Source of the DNA: Eledone cirrhosa
Lineage: Eukaryota
DNA: 64,000 nt
Direction: 5' to 3'
Assembly (NCBI GenBank): GCA_964016885.1
Contig: OZ024742.1
Span: forward strand, 147,994,001-148,058,000
Shown here: piece by piece, positions 28,601 through 40,225 of the stretch
How positions within the stretch are numbered: the first letter of the stretch is position 1
Layout: each line of letters begins with the position of its first letter
Notes under the pieces: model-generated
What the model saw: only the letters and a program-made list of their open reading frames with translations
What the model was told of the DNA's origin: nothing
Databases searched by the model: none
Made by a program: the position numbers and the translations under genes

Positions 28601-29640
28601 TAACACAGTTAATATAATTTGGATTTAGAACTTCCACCTCCACAACATTAACAATATATATATATGGTTGTAATGATGGATGCTCCGTCGGTTTCCACAA
28701 TGTCATTCAGTTTTTTTAACAACTGAACGTCCAGCTTGTGAATTAACGTGTACGTAGTTGAGTATTCTACAGAGTATTCTACAGGTACGTATACTTCCAA
28801 CGTAATTCCCAAGCCGAATCAGCATGATAGAAAAAAAGGTTTTCTGCTGTGTCTAAGAAGTTAGGCTGGACCTTTGAATTTCAGGTTCAATCCATCCTTT
28901 GGGCTTCTGCATAGTTTCAGTCTACACAATTTCACACACATGGCTTGTATCGACACGAAACTCAGATAATGATACTATACAGTGAAATCGAACCCAGGAC
29001 TTCATGATTGCGAAGTAAACTTTTTAACTGACCAGCCATGCGTAGGTCTGATAGTATATATGTAGAGGCTACCTGGTAGACGAAATCTACAGCTCAGCTT
29101 CGATTTCTCGTTGGAATATTTTCACTTCACTACCAATACAAATTACCGTGAGAATGCTGCTTTCTGACTCCACCTTATTGATCCTAATTCTTTATCAGCT
29201 ACCTCTACCATTCTCTTTCCCTCCTTGCCCCCTTTCTCTTATGTGTCCGCGCTTGAGTTACTATGCATGTATTCTTTTGTCCGTTTCCTAATGTTGTTTT
29301 TTATTCTCCCTTATCTCCTACCACACCTCTCCTACCACTTATCTCCTACCACACGATCTAGCTCCACCGTTTAAACTGACCTGAATATTTATTAAAAACT
29401 TTGACCATCCCTTTCTCACATTTTACTTCCTCTTTCATCGTACAATTCCCATGTTATTCACACAACCTTTTTTCCACACATCAACTTCAAATCATTCTTT
29501 TAACTCTTTAGCAGAAAATATCTAAAAATAGGTTTGTTATTGCAAGTGTTCATAGTATTTTTACTTGTGGGACGATCGTTGTGAAAATTTGTAGTATTAG
29601 AAATAAAGATGTTTATTTTCAAGAATGTCTTGCTAATGTA

Positions 29641-29727
<87 letters not shown>

Positions 29728-29908
29728 TAAACGGAAAAGAAAATGCTGACAAATTGTTCACAGTGAAAAATAGTTTAATTAGGAATAAGTGAGAATTAGT
29801 AATAGTATTGGTTAGTATTCAGTTTTGGTTTTAAGTTTTACCGGTTGCGCATTTCTAATGCTTTTCAAAAATAATTTTGAGATAGAGCGCCCGTGATGTT
29901 TTCTCTAA

Positions 29909-30007
<99 letters not shown>

Positions 30008-31603
30008 CACAACAAACAAACAAACAAACAAAACCAATCTTCAGCAATGCAATAGTTCTGGTAAGTTAACCCCTATTTGTGCTATTGCTCTCAGTAGAGC
30101 GACCAAGAATCGATAACTAGATGTATAAGCCAGTAATTTTGTTTGAAAGTACGAATTAATAAATTCGCCTTTCATATACTCATGAATTCTTGTGCTTAAT
30201 AATTTAGATTCTTCATATCTAGTTATGATGTATAAAAGCAAGACACTTACAGTTTCACGCTATTAACTGATAAGTGTTAACATCTATAATGTATAGCAAA
30301 TAACTGTTTCTACTTTTGGCACAAGGCCAGCAATTACCCAGAACATTACTGGTATTTTTGTATAGCAAATAACAGAGCATAAAAAAGAAGGAACAATTAG
30401 GAGTTAAAATCTCACCAGTAGTGTTGGAGATAGTGAGTAATAAAGAAGCATAAATGTGAGCTATCCCTTACAGAACAGCGATCAAAAACTCAACTTTTAA
30501 GTCATGATAATCGAGATATGTAAATACTAATAAGCAGGGGGAAGGGACATGCCCCCCTCCCCCCAATTATATTTTTCTCTCCAAACTACCAAAATACACA
30601 TCTATTTGTATATGCGCTACAATGTATGTACATCTTATGTTTATCGTATATCGAAGTTTTTTTTATATCTTGGTTGATATTTGATGACAGTGCAATATTA
30701 TGTTAACCATATCTTGGTTGATATTTGATAATAACAGTGTAATATATTATGTTAACCTTCATAGTAAATTGCTAATATGTGTATTTAGAGACAGATTTCA
30801 TAGGTCATTTTGCTACAATCACTTTATAATTATTGAAAGCTGCAACTGTAATATGGCCAGCTTGGACTCAAATTGCATTTTCTGATAATTTTAGCGTTTC
30901 AAATTTATGCTCAAGGCCAGCAATTTTATATGGTTCGGTAGGCGATTAAGTCAACCCCAGTACTTGTAATATGGAAGAGGATGGTCATGAAATTGAGTAA
31001 TATGTGCTTCAGATAAGAGCGGGGCCTTTATAAAATTGAAATTAGTGATAAAGATGTTGTAACAGGAGAAAGAGATTGAATCAATGTATAGAAGACAGAC
31101 TAACGAAAGTAGTTAACTTTAGAAGCATTGGGAAATTCCGAAATTTAAAATGTGTGCATCCCAACGCAAATGACCAAAATAGTAGTCGATTACTATAAAT
31201 GATAGTTGAGCATGGAGACGGAAAAAGTATGTGTTTGTGAGGAGGAGGGAGGCTATATGCGCATGCATGCGTGTTTGCATCTAAATATAACTAAGTGGCT
31301 CTTCCGTCGGTTTCGATGATGAATATTTTAGTTGTACGGTTAAGGAAGCCATTTATTAAAATCATCAAAACGGGGGTTATGCCTGCGACAGTTCTGTACT
31401 CTCAGTCACTTAACGCTAATGAAACCGGGGGAAGTTCCAGTCTGATGCGCCTCTAGGTTTGGGACCCCTGGTGGGATCATATGAGTGTCGGTCTGACACA
31501 CAGTTTGTGTTGGGCATTTTAAATCTGACTGAGTCCATCCTCTCCAGCCAATTTCTCGCTGCGAAGTTAGAGCGAGCGAGAGAAAGAGAGATAGAAGAAA
31601 CGC

Positions 31604-31750
31604 CCCAGTACTGGACTGGTACTTTATTTATCAACTTCGAAAGGCTAAAAGGCAAAGTTGATCTCATCGGGATTTTAACTTGGAGCGAAGTGAGCCGGAA
31701 CAAACAGCGAGGCATTTAATTCAATGCCCCAACAATTCTGTCAAATGCTC
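31604..31750 (-). mobile_element. Older SINE family 1 copy
   Basis: cccagtactggactggtactttattttatcaac...aaggcaaagttgatctc. Confidence 0.75.
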
Positions 31751-32089
31751 ACTTAGGTTTGGGACAGACTCTTTTTTTTAAATACAAAAAAAAAAAAAAA
31801 AATGCTTACAAGTGCCTTTAGGTGTTCTCAGTTTTACTGTAATGAATGGTTTGCGGGCAGAATCATGGAGTAGTCTCAGTCGATCTAACCGGTGGGTTCT
31901 TAGCCATGTATGGGTGTGTCATGTCACCTAATTTGTTTTCAATGTTTAAATGTCAGTGTGTGTCCCCGTCCGTGGAACAAAATCATATACACCAGGTCCG
32001 AACACAAAGGAACCAAATTCCCACTATCACTGCCTCCATCCCTCCCGCTCTCCCCATCTCTCACTATTATGAGTAAATAGGGGCCCACG

Positions 32090-32255
32090 TGCAGGCCGCC
32101 CCGCCGCCCCGGCGCACAGAATAGAGAAAGCGTTTCCTTGGAGGATGGTGAGGGAGACGCGCTGGAAGAGCCATTCCAGCTCACGAGACTCACACCTGAG
32201 GGTAGCCAACTGTGTGCCGATGGTGGTGAGTAGCGATGTGGCCCTAGGGTCAATG
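32090..32255 (-). pseudogene. C-terminal fragment of a CRE-like (RLE) non-LTR retrotransposon
   Basis: ELEWLFQRVSLTILQGNAFSIL resembles the FQRLSxxxQRGNA C-terminal motif; local GC-rich patch. Confidence 0.6.
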
Positions 32256-32450
32256 ACACCAGAACAATTATTAAGTGATTTTACAATAAATATGTAGATA
32301 GGCATAATTAACGACTGTCAATAAAAAGAGGTTATGACGACTTACCAAAGGTTCTTACATATGTCCAGATTGTCACACTACACCCTATAACATTCACTGG
32401 AACTTTGATTCTAATAAGGGGATCATTTTGAATTAACTTTAAATATAGAA

Positions 32451-32834
32451 TTTCGTTTCTGAATTTGTTTAGCAAGATTCTTTATCAACCTGTAACATGT
32501 AAATAAACAAATAAATAAACGAATATAAACACACACAGACACCCGGATGTGGCGCATGCGCAGACTGAGCACACAACACACACACAGAAACAAGATGGCA
32601 TAGGACAGAACAAAGGAGAGGCACAAAAAACAAAGAAAAGAATCCCCAGTCACTGAAGAGGTCACAAAATGTGTGACGAAAGAATTTTGACAATATATAA
32701 ACAACCATCTGGTTGTGGAACCAACCAACCAACCGGAAATTTATAAATTCCTAAATTTATAAATTTATTATAATAAATTGAAGTGAAAGCAACTGGTGCG
32801 TGTGTTTCTTATTGGCAACATGACCCTCCCAAAG
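32451..32834 (+). mobile_element. Penelope-like pLTR cassette with inverted 36-bp tail and 13-bp TSD
   Basis: TSD tttaaatatagaa at 32438-32450 and 32835-32847; 32451-32486 equals 25026-25061. Confidence 0.87.
32649..32691 (+). ncRNA. Minimal type I hammerhead ribozyme
   Basis: gtca-CTGAAGA-g gtcaca aaatg tgtgac-GAAA-gaat-TT-tgac. Confidence 0.78.
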
Positions 32835-33134
32835 TTTAAATATAGAAATTTTAGGACTATTTAATTTTCATACATAAAATACTTTGTGAAGGTATTCTTA
32901 TCTATTTGCTATATTTTCTATTCTGTCTACTTAGCATTCTGATCACCTCTCTCCCTCTCTCTTCTTATCTCCTGCACCTCCAAGCTCCCCCCACCTCTCT
33001 ACCTCGCTCTGCACACACTCACACAAGGCATACAAACTCATACATACATACATACATACAAACATACATACATACATACATACATACATACATACATACA
33101 TACATTTATCTAGGAATCCAATTTTCGTTCTTAT

Positions 33135-33135
<1 letters not shown>

Positions 33136-33218
<83 letters not shown>
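33136..33218. repeat. (TATC)n microsatellite (target of the Tx1-like array); (CATA)n at 33040-33104
   Basis: Direct reading. Confidence 0.97.
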
Positions 33219-34498
33219 AGCGTCCGCCATCTACTACCGCTTGACCGTCGTGCCTTGTCAAGCCAAAACGCTCGCCAAAATGGAGCGCGCCCTCTTCCGA
33301 TTCCTTTGGAAGAGGCGGGCTCCTTTGGTAAGAAGATCCATCTGCTGCCAACACCCTTCTAACGGAGGGCTGGGGATGCCGTGGTTGACGATGCGCAAAC
33401 ACGTGCTCAGGCTGCGGCATCTCTACGTATTCCTCACCGGACAACCGGTGTGGGCCCCGTTCGTGAGGCGAGCCTTCCCACGACTCGTCTCGCTGACCGA
33501 GCTGCAGTCCTGGGTCAAGCAGAGACCGAGGAAAATGGGCGACTGGCACATCGAATGTGCTCAGGCGCTCACAGCCCTCTGGCAGGCGGACCCGGCGATC
33601 AGTGGAGACTCCACTTCGTCATTCTATAGAGGGTTGGTCCGCAGCAAGTGCGACGACGCGCTCAGTGAAACTCTAGGCGTGGAGGAAGATGAACTGGCCA
33701 GTCTGTTCGGTAGGACCTTCCGCCCGGGACCGATGGACAACTTCCAAAAGTCCCTGGCCTGGCAGTGCTACCGAGGAGCTCTACCAGTTCGAGACAAGCT
33801 CTACAGACATGGGCGCCCGGGCAGGGACCCTGCAAAAAAGATCTGTCCGAGGTGCGTGCGAGACGAAGAAACCGTCGCGCACGCATTCATACACTGCCCG
33901 GGCGTCACTGACCTGTGGGGCTATGTAGAACGACTATTGTCGCGGGTGGGACCAATCCAGTTGACCACCGAGTCCATTGTCATGATCAAACCGCCACCCT
34001 CCTTCAAAAACGAAGGAGAGGCGGTTTTCCTTTGTGTGATAGCTATGGCGAAAGAGGTTGTATGGTGGACAAGGTTGAAAGGGCTGAGGTCAGACACCTT
34101 TCTCTCCGGCCAACAACTGATTCTTTTTTTCAAATACCACTTTGGAAGAAGAATCAGGATGGAGAGAGAGGTGCTGTACCCCAGCAAGTTTTATGAAAGG
34201 TGGGTGAAAGTGGCGAGAATGGCCCGAGTGAATGGGCCTTCTCTCTATATCAGCCTGTAGGTTGAGGAAAAGGAGGAGGAGAGGAAAGGAGTACAAGCTC
34301 TTCGTACTCCTGGAGATGAGGGTTGCACATTTTTTTTCGGGGGTATGTGTTACCCATATAAACTGTCTCCCTCTATTGGGGAAAATCGACTAACTTTTAA
34401 ATTCCATCTGTGATAACATTTTACACGTTTTTATTGTATGTAAACTTCCCCCTTTGTATTTGTCCCCTTCTTTTGTGCCCCTGTGGCTAATAAAGAAA
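33217..34498 (+). mobile_element. Tx1/L1-clade non-LTR retrotransposon, 5'-truncated copy A
   Basis: Stop-free ORF2 C-terminus, ~240-nt 3' UTR, AATAAA, then TATC repeats. Confidence 0.92.
33241..34260 (+). CDS. ORF2 C-terminal region (post-RT plus zf-RVT CCHC) of Tx1-like copy A; no native start
   Basis: FRFLW..., GGLGMP, LPVRDKL, CPRC-x7-H-x4-C zinc knuckle. Confidence 0.85.
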   Translation: MTVVPCQAKTLAKMERALFRFLWKRRAPLVRRSICCQHPSNGGLGMPWLTMRKHVLRLRHLYVFLTGQPVWAPFVRRAFPRLVSLTELQSWVKQRPRKMGDWHIECAQALTALWQADPAISGDSTSSFYRGLVRSKCDDALSETLGVEEDELASLFGRTFRPGPMDNFQKSLAWQCYRGALPVRDKLYRHGRPGRDPAKKICPRCVRDEETVAHAFIHCPGVTDLWGYVERLLSRVGPIQLTTESIVMIKPPPSFKNEGEAVFLCVIAMAKEVVWWTRLKGLRSDTFLSGQQLILFFKYHFGRRIRMEREVLYPSKFYERWVKVARMARVNGPSLYISL

Positions 34499-34511
34499 TA
34501 TATCTATCTAT

Positions 34512-36068
34512 CTGAAAGAATACGAAACGCTGACGGGAGCAAAACTAAACCCAGACAAGTCTGTCGGTTTGCAACTCGGTACGTGGAGAGGCAAACCGAT
34601 GACATCCGACAGCGTCGTTGGACGCTGGACGGACGGACCGGTGAAATTGCTCGGGGTCTGGTTCGGTCCAGACCTCCAGGTGGAGAAAAACTGGAACGAG
34701 GTCACGGCCAAGGTGTTTGCACTCACTCAGAAGTGGGCAGAGTGCAAACTGTCCTTGAAAGGTCGAGCGGAGGTGGCGAACACTTTCATAGCGTCCGTCA
34801 TCTACTACCGCTTGACTGTCGTGCCTTGTCCCCGTGAACACCTCGCCAAGATGGAACGCATGCTCTTCCAGTTTCTGTGGAAGAAGCAGGCTCCGCTGGT
34901 GAGGAGATCCGTCTGCTGTCAGCACCCTTCCAACGGAGGGCTGGGAATGCCGTGGCTGATGATGCGCAAACATGCGCTGAGGCTGCGGCATCTCCAGGTA
35001 TTCCTCACCGACCCCCAACCGGTGTGGGCACCGTTTGTGAGACAGGCTTTCCCACAGCTCGTCTCGCTGACGGAGCTGCAGTCCTGGGTTAAGAAAAGAC
35101 CGAAAACGATGGGCGCCTGGCACATTGAATGCGCTCAGGCGCTCACAGTCCTCTGGCAAGCGGGCGCAGCAATCAGTGGAGACTCCACTTCGACATTCTA
35201 TAGAGGGATTGTACGTTACAAGGGCGACGACGTGCTCGGAGAGACTCTGGGCGTCGAAGACGATGAGCTCACCAGTATGTTTGGTAGGACTTTCCGCCCG
35301 GGACCTATGGACAACTTCCAGAGGTCCCTGGCCTGGCAGTGCTACCGAGGAGCTCTACCGGTTCGTGACAAGATCTACAGGCACGGACGCCCTGGCAGGG
35401 ATCCTTCCAAGAGGACGTGTCCAAGATGTGCGCAGGACATTGAAACAGTTCTGCACGCAATTGTACACTGCCCGGGCGTAAGCGACCTGTGGAACTATGC
35501 AGAACAACTGCTGTCGCGTATGGGACAAATACAGTTGACTGCCGAGTCCATAGTAAGGATCAAACCGCCAGACTCTTTCAAAAACGAAAGAGAGGCGGTT
35601 TTCCTCTGTACGGTGGCTATGGTGAAAGAAGTTATATGGTGGACGAGGTTGAGAGGACTGAGGACAGATGCCTTTCTCTCCGGACAACAATTGATTCCAT
35701 TCTTTAAGTATCACTTTAGAAGGAGAATCAGGGTGGAGAGAGAGGCACTGCACCCCAGTAAATTTACTGAAAGGTGGGTGAATGAAGCGAAAATGGCCCG
35801 AGTGATTGGGCCTTCTCTGTTTATAAGCCTGTAGGTTGAGGAAGAGAGCAAAAGGAAGAAAGGAGCACTTGCACAACACGCTCCTTGAGTTGAGGGTTGT
35901 TCTATCGACGGGGTATTAAACAACCCATTTGTGGCGCCTCCCCCCTATTGGGGATTTCGATTGTTGAAATTGTTTGTTTTTATATTTTTTTACACGACTG
36001 TATGTAAAATCCCCGGCATGTCTTTGTATTGTCCCCTTTCTTGTTGCGCCCTTGTGGCTAATAAAGAA

Positions 36069-36069
<1 letters not shown>
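34512..36069 (+). mobile_element. Tx1/L1-clade element, 5'-truncated copy B (second subfamily)
   Basis: Frame opens LKEYETLTGAKLNPDKS..VKLLGVWF (RT domains 6-7); the 3' UTR is divergent but ends gtggctaataaagaa-(ATCT)n. Confidence 0.92.
34569..35834 (+). CDS. ORF2 RT C-terminus, thumb and zf-RVT of Tx1-like copy B; no native start
   Basis: LSLKGRAEVAN, GGLGMP, CPRCAQDIETVLHAIVHC; no stops. Confidence 0.87.
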   Translation: MQLGTWRGKPMTSDSVVGRWTDGPVKLLGVWFGPDLQVEKNWNEVTAKVFALTQKWAECKLSLKGRAEVANTFIASVIYYRLTVVPCPREHLAKMERMLFQFLWKKQAPLVRRSVCCQHPSNGGLGMPWLMMRKHALRLRHLQVFLTDPQPVWAPFVRQAFPQLVSLTELQSWVKKRPKTMGAWHIECAQALTVLWQAGAAISGDSTSTFYRGIVRYKGDDVLGETLGVEDDELTSMFGRTFRPGPMDNFQRSLAWQCYRGALPVRDKIYRHGRPGRDPSKRTCPRCAQDIETVLHAIVHCPGVSDLWNYAEQLLSRMGQIQLTAESIVRIKPPDSFKNEREAVFLCTVAMVKEVIWWTRLRGLRTDAFLSGQQLIPFFKYHFRRRIRVEREALHPSKFTERWVNEAKMARVIGPSLFISL

Positions 36070-36110
<41 letters not shown>

Positions 36111-36114
<4 letters not shown>

Positions 36115-37352
36115 GTAGAACGACTATTGTCGCGGGTGGGACCAATCCGGTTGACCACCGAGTCCATTGTCATGATCCTTTGGTAAGAAGATCCATCTGC
36201 TGCCAACACCCTTCTAACGGAGGGCTGGGGATGCCGTGGTTGACGATGCGCAAACACGTGCTCAGGCTGCGGCATCTCTACGTATTCCTCACCGGACAAC
36301 CGGTGTGGGCCCCGTTCGTGAGGCGAGCCTTCCCACGACTCGTCTCGCTGACCGAGCTGCAGTCCTGGGTCAAGCAGAGACCGAGGAAAATGGGCGACTG
36401 GCACATCGAATGTGCTCAGGCGCTCACAGCCCTCTGGCAGGCGGACCCGGCGATCAGTGGAGACTCCACTTCGTCATTCTATAGAGGGTTGGTCCGCAGC
36501 AAGTGCGACGACGCGCTCAGTGAAACTCTAGGCGTGGAGGAAGATGAACTGGCCAGTCTGTTCGGTAGGACCTTCCGCCCGGGACCGATGGACAACTTCC
36601 AAAAGTCCCTGGCCTGGCAGTGCTACCGAGGAGCTCTACCAGTTCGAGACAAGCTCTACAGACATGGGCGCCCGGGCAGGGACCCTGCAAAAAAGATCTG
36701 TCCGAGGTGCGTGCGAGACGAAGAAACCGTCGCGCACGCATTCATACACTGCCCGGGCGTCACTGACCTGTGGGGCTATGTAGAACGACTATTGTCGCGG
36801 GTGGGACCAATCCAGTTGACCACCGAGTCCATTGTCATGATCAAACCGCCACCCTCCTTCAAAAACGAAGGAGAGGCGGTTTTCCTTTGTGTGATAGCTA
36901 TGGCGAAAGAGGTTGTATGGTGGACAAGGTTGAAAGGGCTGAGGTCAGACACCTTTCTCTCCGGCCAACAACTGATTCTTTTTTTCAAATACCACTTTGG
37001 AAGAAGAATCAGGATGGAGAGAGAGGTGCTGTACCCCAGCAAGTTTTATGAAAGGTGGGTGAAAGTGGCGAGAATGGCCCGAGTGAATGGGCCTTCTCTC
37101 TATATCAGCCTGTAGGTTGAGGAAAAGGAGGAGGAGAGGAAAGGAGTACAAGCTCTTCGTACTCCTGGAGATGAGGGTTGCACATTTTTTTTCGGGGGTA
37201 TGTGTTACCCATATAAACTGTCTCCCTCTATTGGGGAAAATCGACTAACTTTTAAATTCCATCTGTGATAACATTTTACACGTTTTTATTGTATGTAAAC
37301 TTCCCCCTTTGTATTTGTCCCCTTCTTTTGTGCCCCTGTGGCTAATAAAGAA
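36111..37352 (+). mobile_element. Tx1-like copy C: 66-bp D-type fragment fused to an A-identical segment
   Basis: 36111-36176 matches the start of copy D; 36177-37352 appears identical to 33322-34498; ORF ends at 37115. Confidence 0.9.
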
Positions 37353-37368
37353 ATCTATCTATCTATCG

Positions 37369-37426
<58 letters not shown>

Positions 37427-37430
<4 letters not shown>

Positions 37431-38003
37431 GTAGAACGACTATTGTCGCGGGTGGGACCAATCCGGTTGACCACTGAGTCCATTGTCATGATCAAACCGC
37501 CACCCTCCTTCAAAAACGGAGGAGAGGCGGTTTTCCTTTGTGTGATAGCTATGGCGAAAGAGGTTGTATGGTGGACAAGGTTGAAAGGGCTGAGGTCAGA
37601 CACCTTTCTCTCCGGCCAACAACTGATTCTTTTTTTCAAATACCACTTTGGAAGAAGAATCAGGATGGAGAGAGAGGTGCTCTACCCCAGCAAGTTTTAT
37701 GAAAGGTGGGTGAAAGTGGCGAGAATGGCCCGAGTGAATGGGCCTTCTCTCTATATCAGCCTGTAGGTTGAGGAAAAGGAGGAGGAGAGGAAAGGAGTAC
37801 AAACTCTTCGTACTCCTGGAGATGAGGGTTGCACATTTTTTCGGGGGTATGTGTTACCCATATGAACTGTTTCCCTCTATTGGGGAAAATCGACTAACTT
37901 TTAAATTCCATCTGTGATAACATTTTACACGTTTTTATTGTATGTAAACTTCCCCCTTTGTATTTGTCCCCTTCTTTTGTGCCCCTGTGGCTAATAAAGA
38001 AAC
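37427..38003 (+). mobile_element. Tx1-like copy D (A subfamily, short)
   Basis: Follows (ATCT)n 37353-37430; ORF ends at 37766; followed by atatctatctatct. Confidence 0.92.
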
Positions 38004-38509
38004 ATATCTATCTATCTAGTTAGCTAGCTGGATAGCTAGGCAGCTGTCTGTCTGTCTGTCTGTCTGCTTGTCTGCCTATCTGTATAACTATCTATCAATC
38101 TGAAGAGTGGTAAAAAGTCAAAAAATAAAAAAAAAACACATTGGTTTTCTAAAAGCCAGGTGTATTTGTGAGAATGTGATAATGTGTTGGAGCAACGTTC
38201 CTTTAAATCAGCCGCACTGTCATTATGTCAAACCAACTATTAACTCATACTATTTATTGCCTAACTTCATTTTATAATAATAAGTAGTTAAAGTGTTAAT
38301 TGGCCATACGTAACTTTCTCCCCGCTGCCCTACCACCACCTCCAGCACCACATATTTTCATTTATTACTACCATATGGTTGTAAATAGGACACACTGATA
38401 TATACGCACACGCGCGAGCACATACACAATTTCAAACACTCATAAGAACGATATATTGACATAATTGTTCACAGCAAAATTGGCTCATGGACATACAGAC
38501 AAGCACATC

Positions 38510-38563
<54 letters not shown>

Positions 38564-39025
38564 TATAGATATAGATAGGTAAATATACACGGGTGTGTAT
38601 GATTGTGTATAGAAGATTATATTAATAAGAGGAATTCCAACTTTGTCTGATTTACTCGTTTTATTTACAATCCTTTAAAATATATATAATATGGTATTAT
38701 AATGAAATAGTATGATAGAATATTAAATTCTAAGTGTTAATTCGCAATCTTCAGGTTCATGATATGTGGTGACAGTCGAGTTTGCAATTTTCAATATATA
38801 TATATACATACGCACACACGCACACACACACACGCGCACACACGCGCACACACGCACACATACACACACACACTTGCACGCACTCGCGCGCGCGCACACA
38901 CACACACACACACACGCAGTTATATATATATATATATATATTTAAAACAAAGAGGGTGTGGTAAGATACCAGGTGGACCATTAACGCATCAGAGTACTCA
39001 ATATTTAGGGTAGTAGAGTGGGTAA

Positions 39026-39126
39026 TAGGAAAAGAGTCAGGACCCCGACGGCTGAGCTCCGACAGCTAGATCCGACGAACTGATCGGATCTAGCTGTCGA
39101 AACGGCCGTCGGGGTCCTGACGCTTT

Positions 39127-39131
<5 letters not shown>
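39026..39131. mobile_element. GC-rich ~105-bp palindromic MITE-like hairpin next to (TA)n
   Basis: tagg.aaag.gtcaggaccccgacggc...cgacagctagatccga / tcggatctagctgtcg...gccgtcggggtcctgac.ctttcccta. Confidence 0.75.
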
Positions 39132-39193
<62 letters not shown>

Positions 39194-39309
39194 GGAGGTG
39201 AGTTTTATTGTAGTACAATAAAGCAATGCAGATATCGGATAAGAAGCACTCTACAGTTTGTAGGACTGGAGTATATATAAGAACAAAAGATGGTTAAAAG
39301 AGTTCCATG

Positions 39310-39380
39310 TATTTTATTATGCGCATTTCAAAAACAAATATCATCATGCAATAATATTTGTGTTTTCATCAGATAAAACA
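39310..39380 (-). ncRNA. Type I hammerhead ribozyme
   Basis: tgttttat-CTGATGA-stem II-GAAA-TGCGCA-TA-ataaaata. Confidence 0.85.
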
Positions 39381-39520
39381 GGAAGACATGATATGAAGAT
39401 TAAAAAACACTTGTGGATAGTTCAGTTTTGAATCAACATATGTTGATTTAAAATCATGATATGTTGATTTAAAACTGAACTATCCACAAGTGTTTTTTTA
39501 ATCTTCATATCATGTCTTCC

Positions 39521-39591
39521 TGTTTTATCTGATGAAAACACAAATATTATTGCATGATGATATTTGTTTTTGAAATGCGCATAATAAAATA
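39521..39591 (+). ncRNA. Type I hammerhead ribozyme
   Basis: Same motif on the plus strand. Confidence 0.85.
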
Positions 39592-39619
39592 CATGGAACT
39601 CTTTTAACCATCTTTTGTT

Positions 39620-39701
<82 letters not shown>

Positions 39702-39823
39702 GATTTATGTGTGCGTCTTTGTAAGCATATACGTTTGTTTTTATGTCTTACTTAAATTTTTCATGAATGAAATAGCCGGTGTCTACGAAAAGACTAATTT
39801 TCCATCATAAAGATGTCATAATA

Positions 39824-39996
39824 GTTGTTTCTACTTTTTGGCGCAAGGCCAGCAATTACCCAGTGCATTACTGGTACTTTATTTTATCGACCCCGTATGG
39901 ATGAAAGGCAAAGTTAACCTCGGCGGGATTTGAACTCAGAATGGCAAGAGCCGTAACTCTATGCGTCAAAGCATGGCGTCCGACCCTCTACCGATA
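39824..39996 (-). mobile_element. SINE family 1
   Basis: Tail to A box; head slightly truncated. Confidence 0.9.
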
Positions 39997-40225
39997 ATTG
40001 GCGTACATAAATATGATCCTTGACGTTTTATATTATATACCTGTCAACTTATATAGAGCATTTCTTATTTATACAAAGAACTCATAAAAATAATGACATA
40101 TTCATATTTTACCTTATTAATATTTTCATTGTTCTCGAAATTGCATTTTTAAAAATAAGTAGTAAATTTGAAGTTTAAAAATAAGTTTATATATATTTTT
40201 TTATGTTATCAATATCCAATATCAT

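Larger units (their letters stand above)
39191..39622. mobile_element. Penelope-like inverted two-hammerhead cassette in (TA)n (mirror of 9700-10058)
   Basis: Arms ~39279-39440 and ~39460-39622; the long arm ends ...cctcctac(AT)n on the minus strand. Confidence 0.85.

Noticed and set aside
29725-29912. (TA)n-flanked insert with minus-strand GAAA-TGCGCA and a hairpin
   Set aside because: It lacks the CTGANGA core and the TH site; at most a heavily eroded cassette.
35931-37115. 394-aa ORF as a complete gene
   Set aside because: Its N-terminus is the copy B 3' UTR plus (ATCT)n read into the chimeric copy C; an accidental fusion.
33136-38017. CRISPR-like repeat-spacer array
   Set aside because: The repeats are variable-length microsatellite and the spacers are homologous retrotransposon copies; no cas genes.
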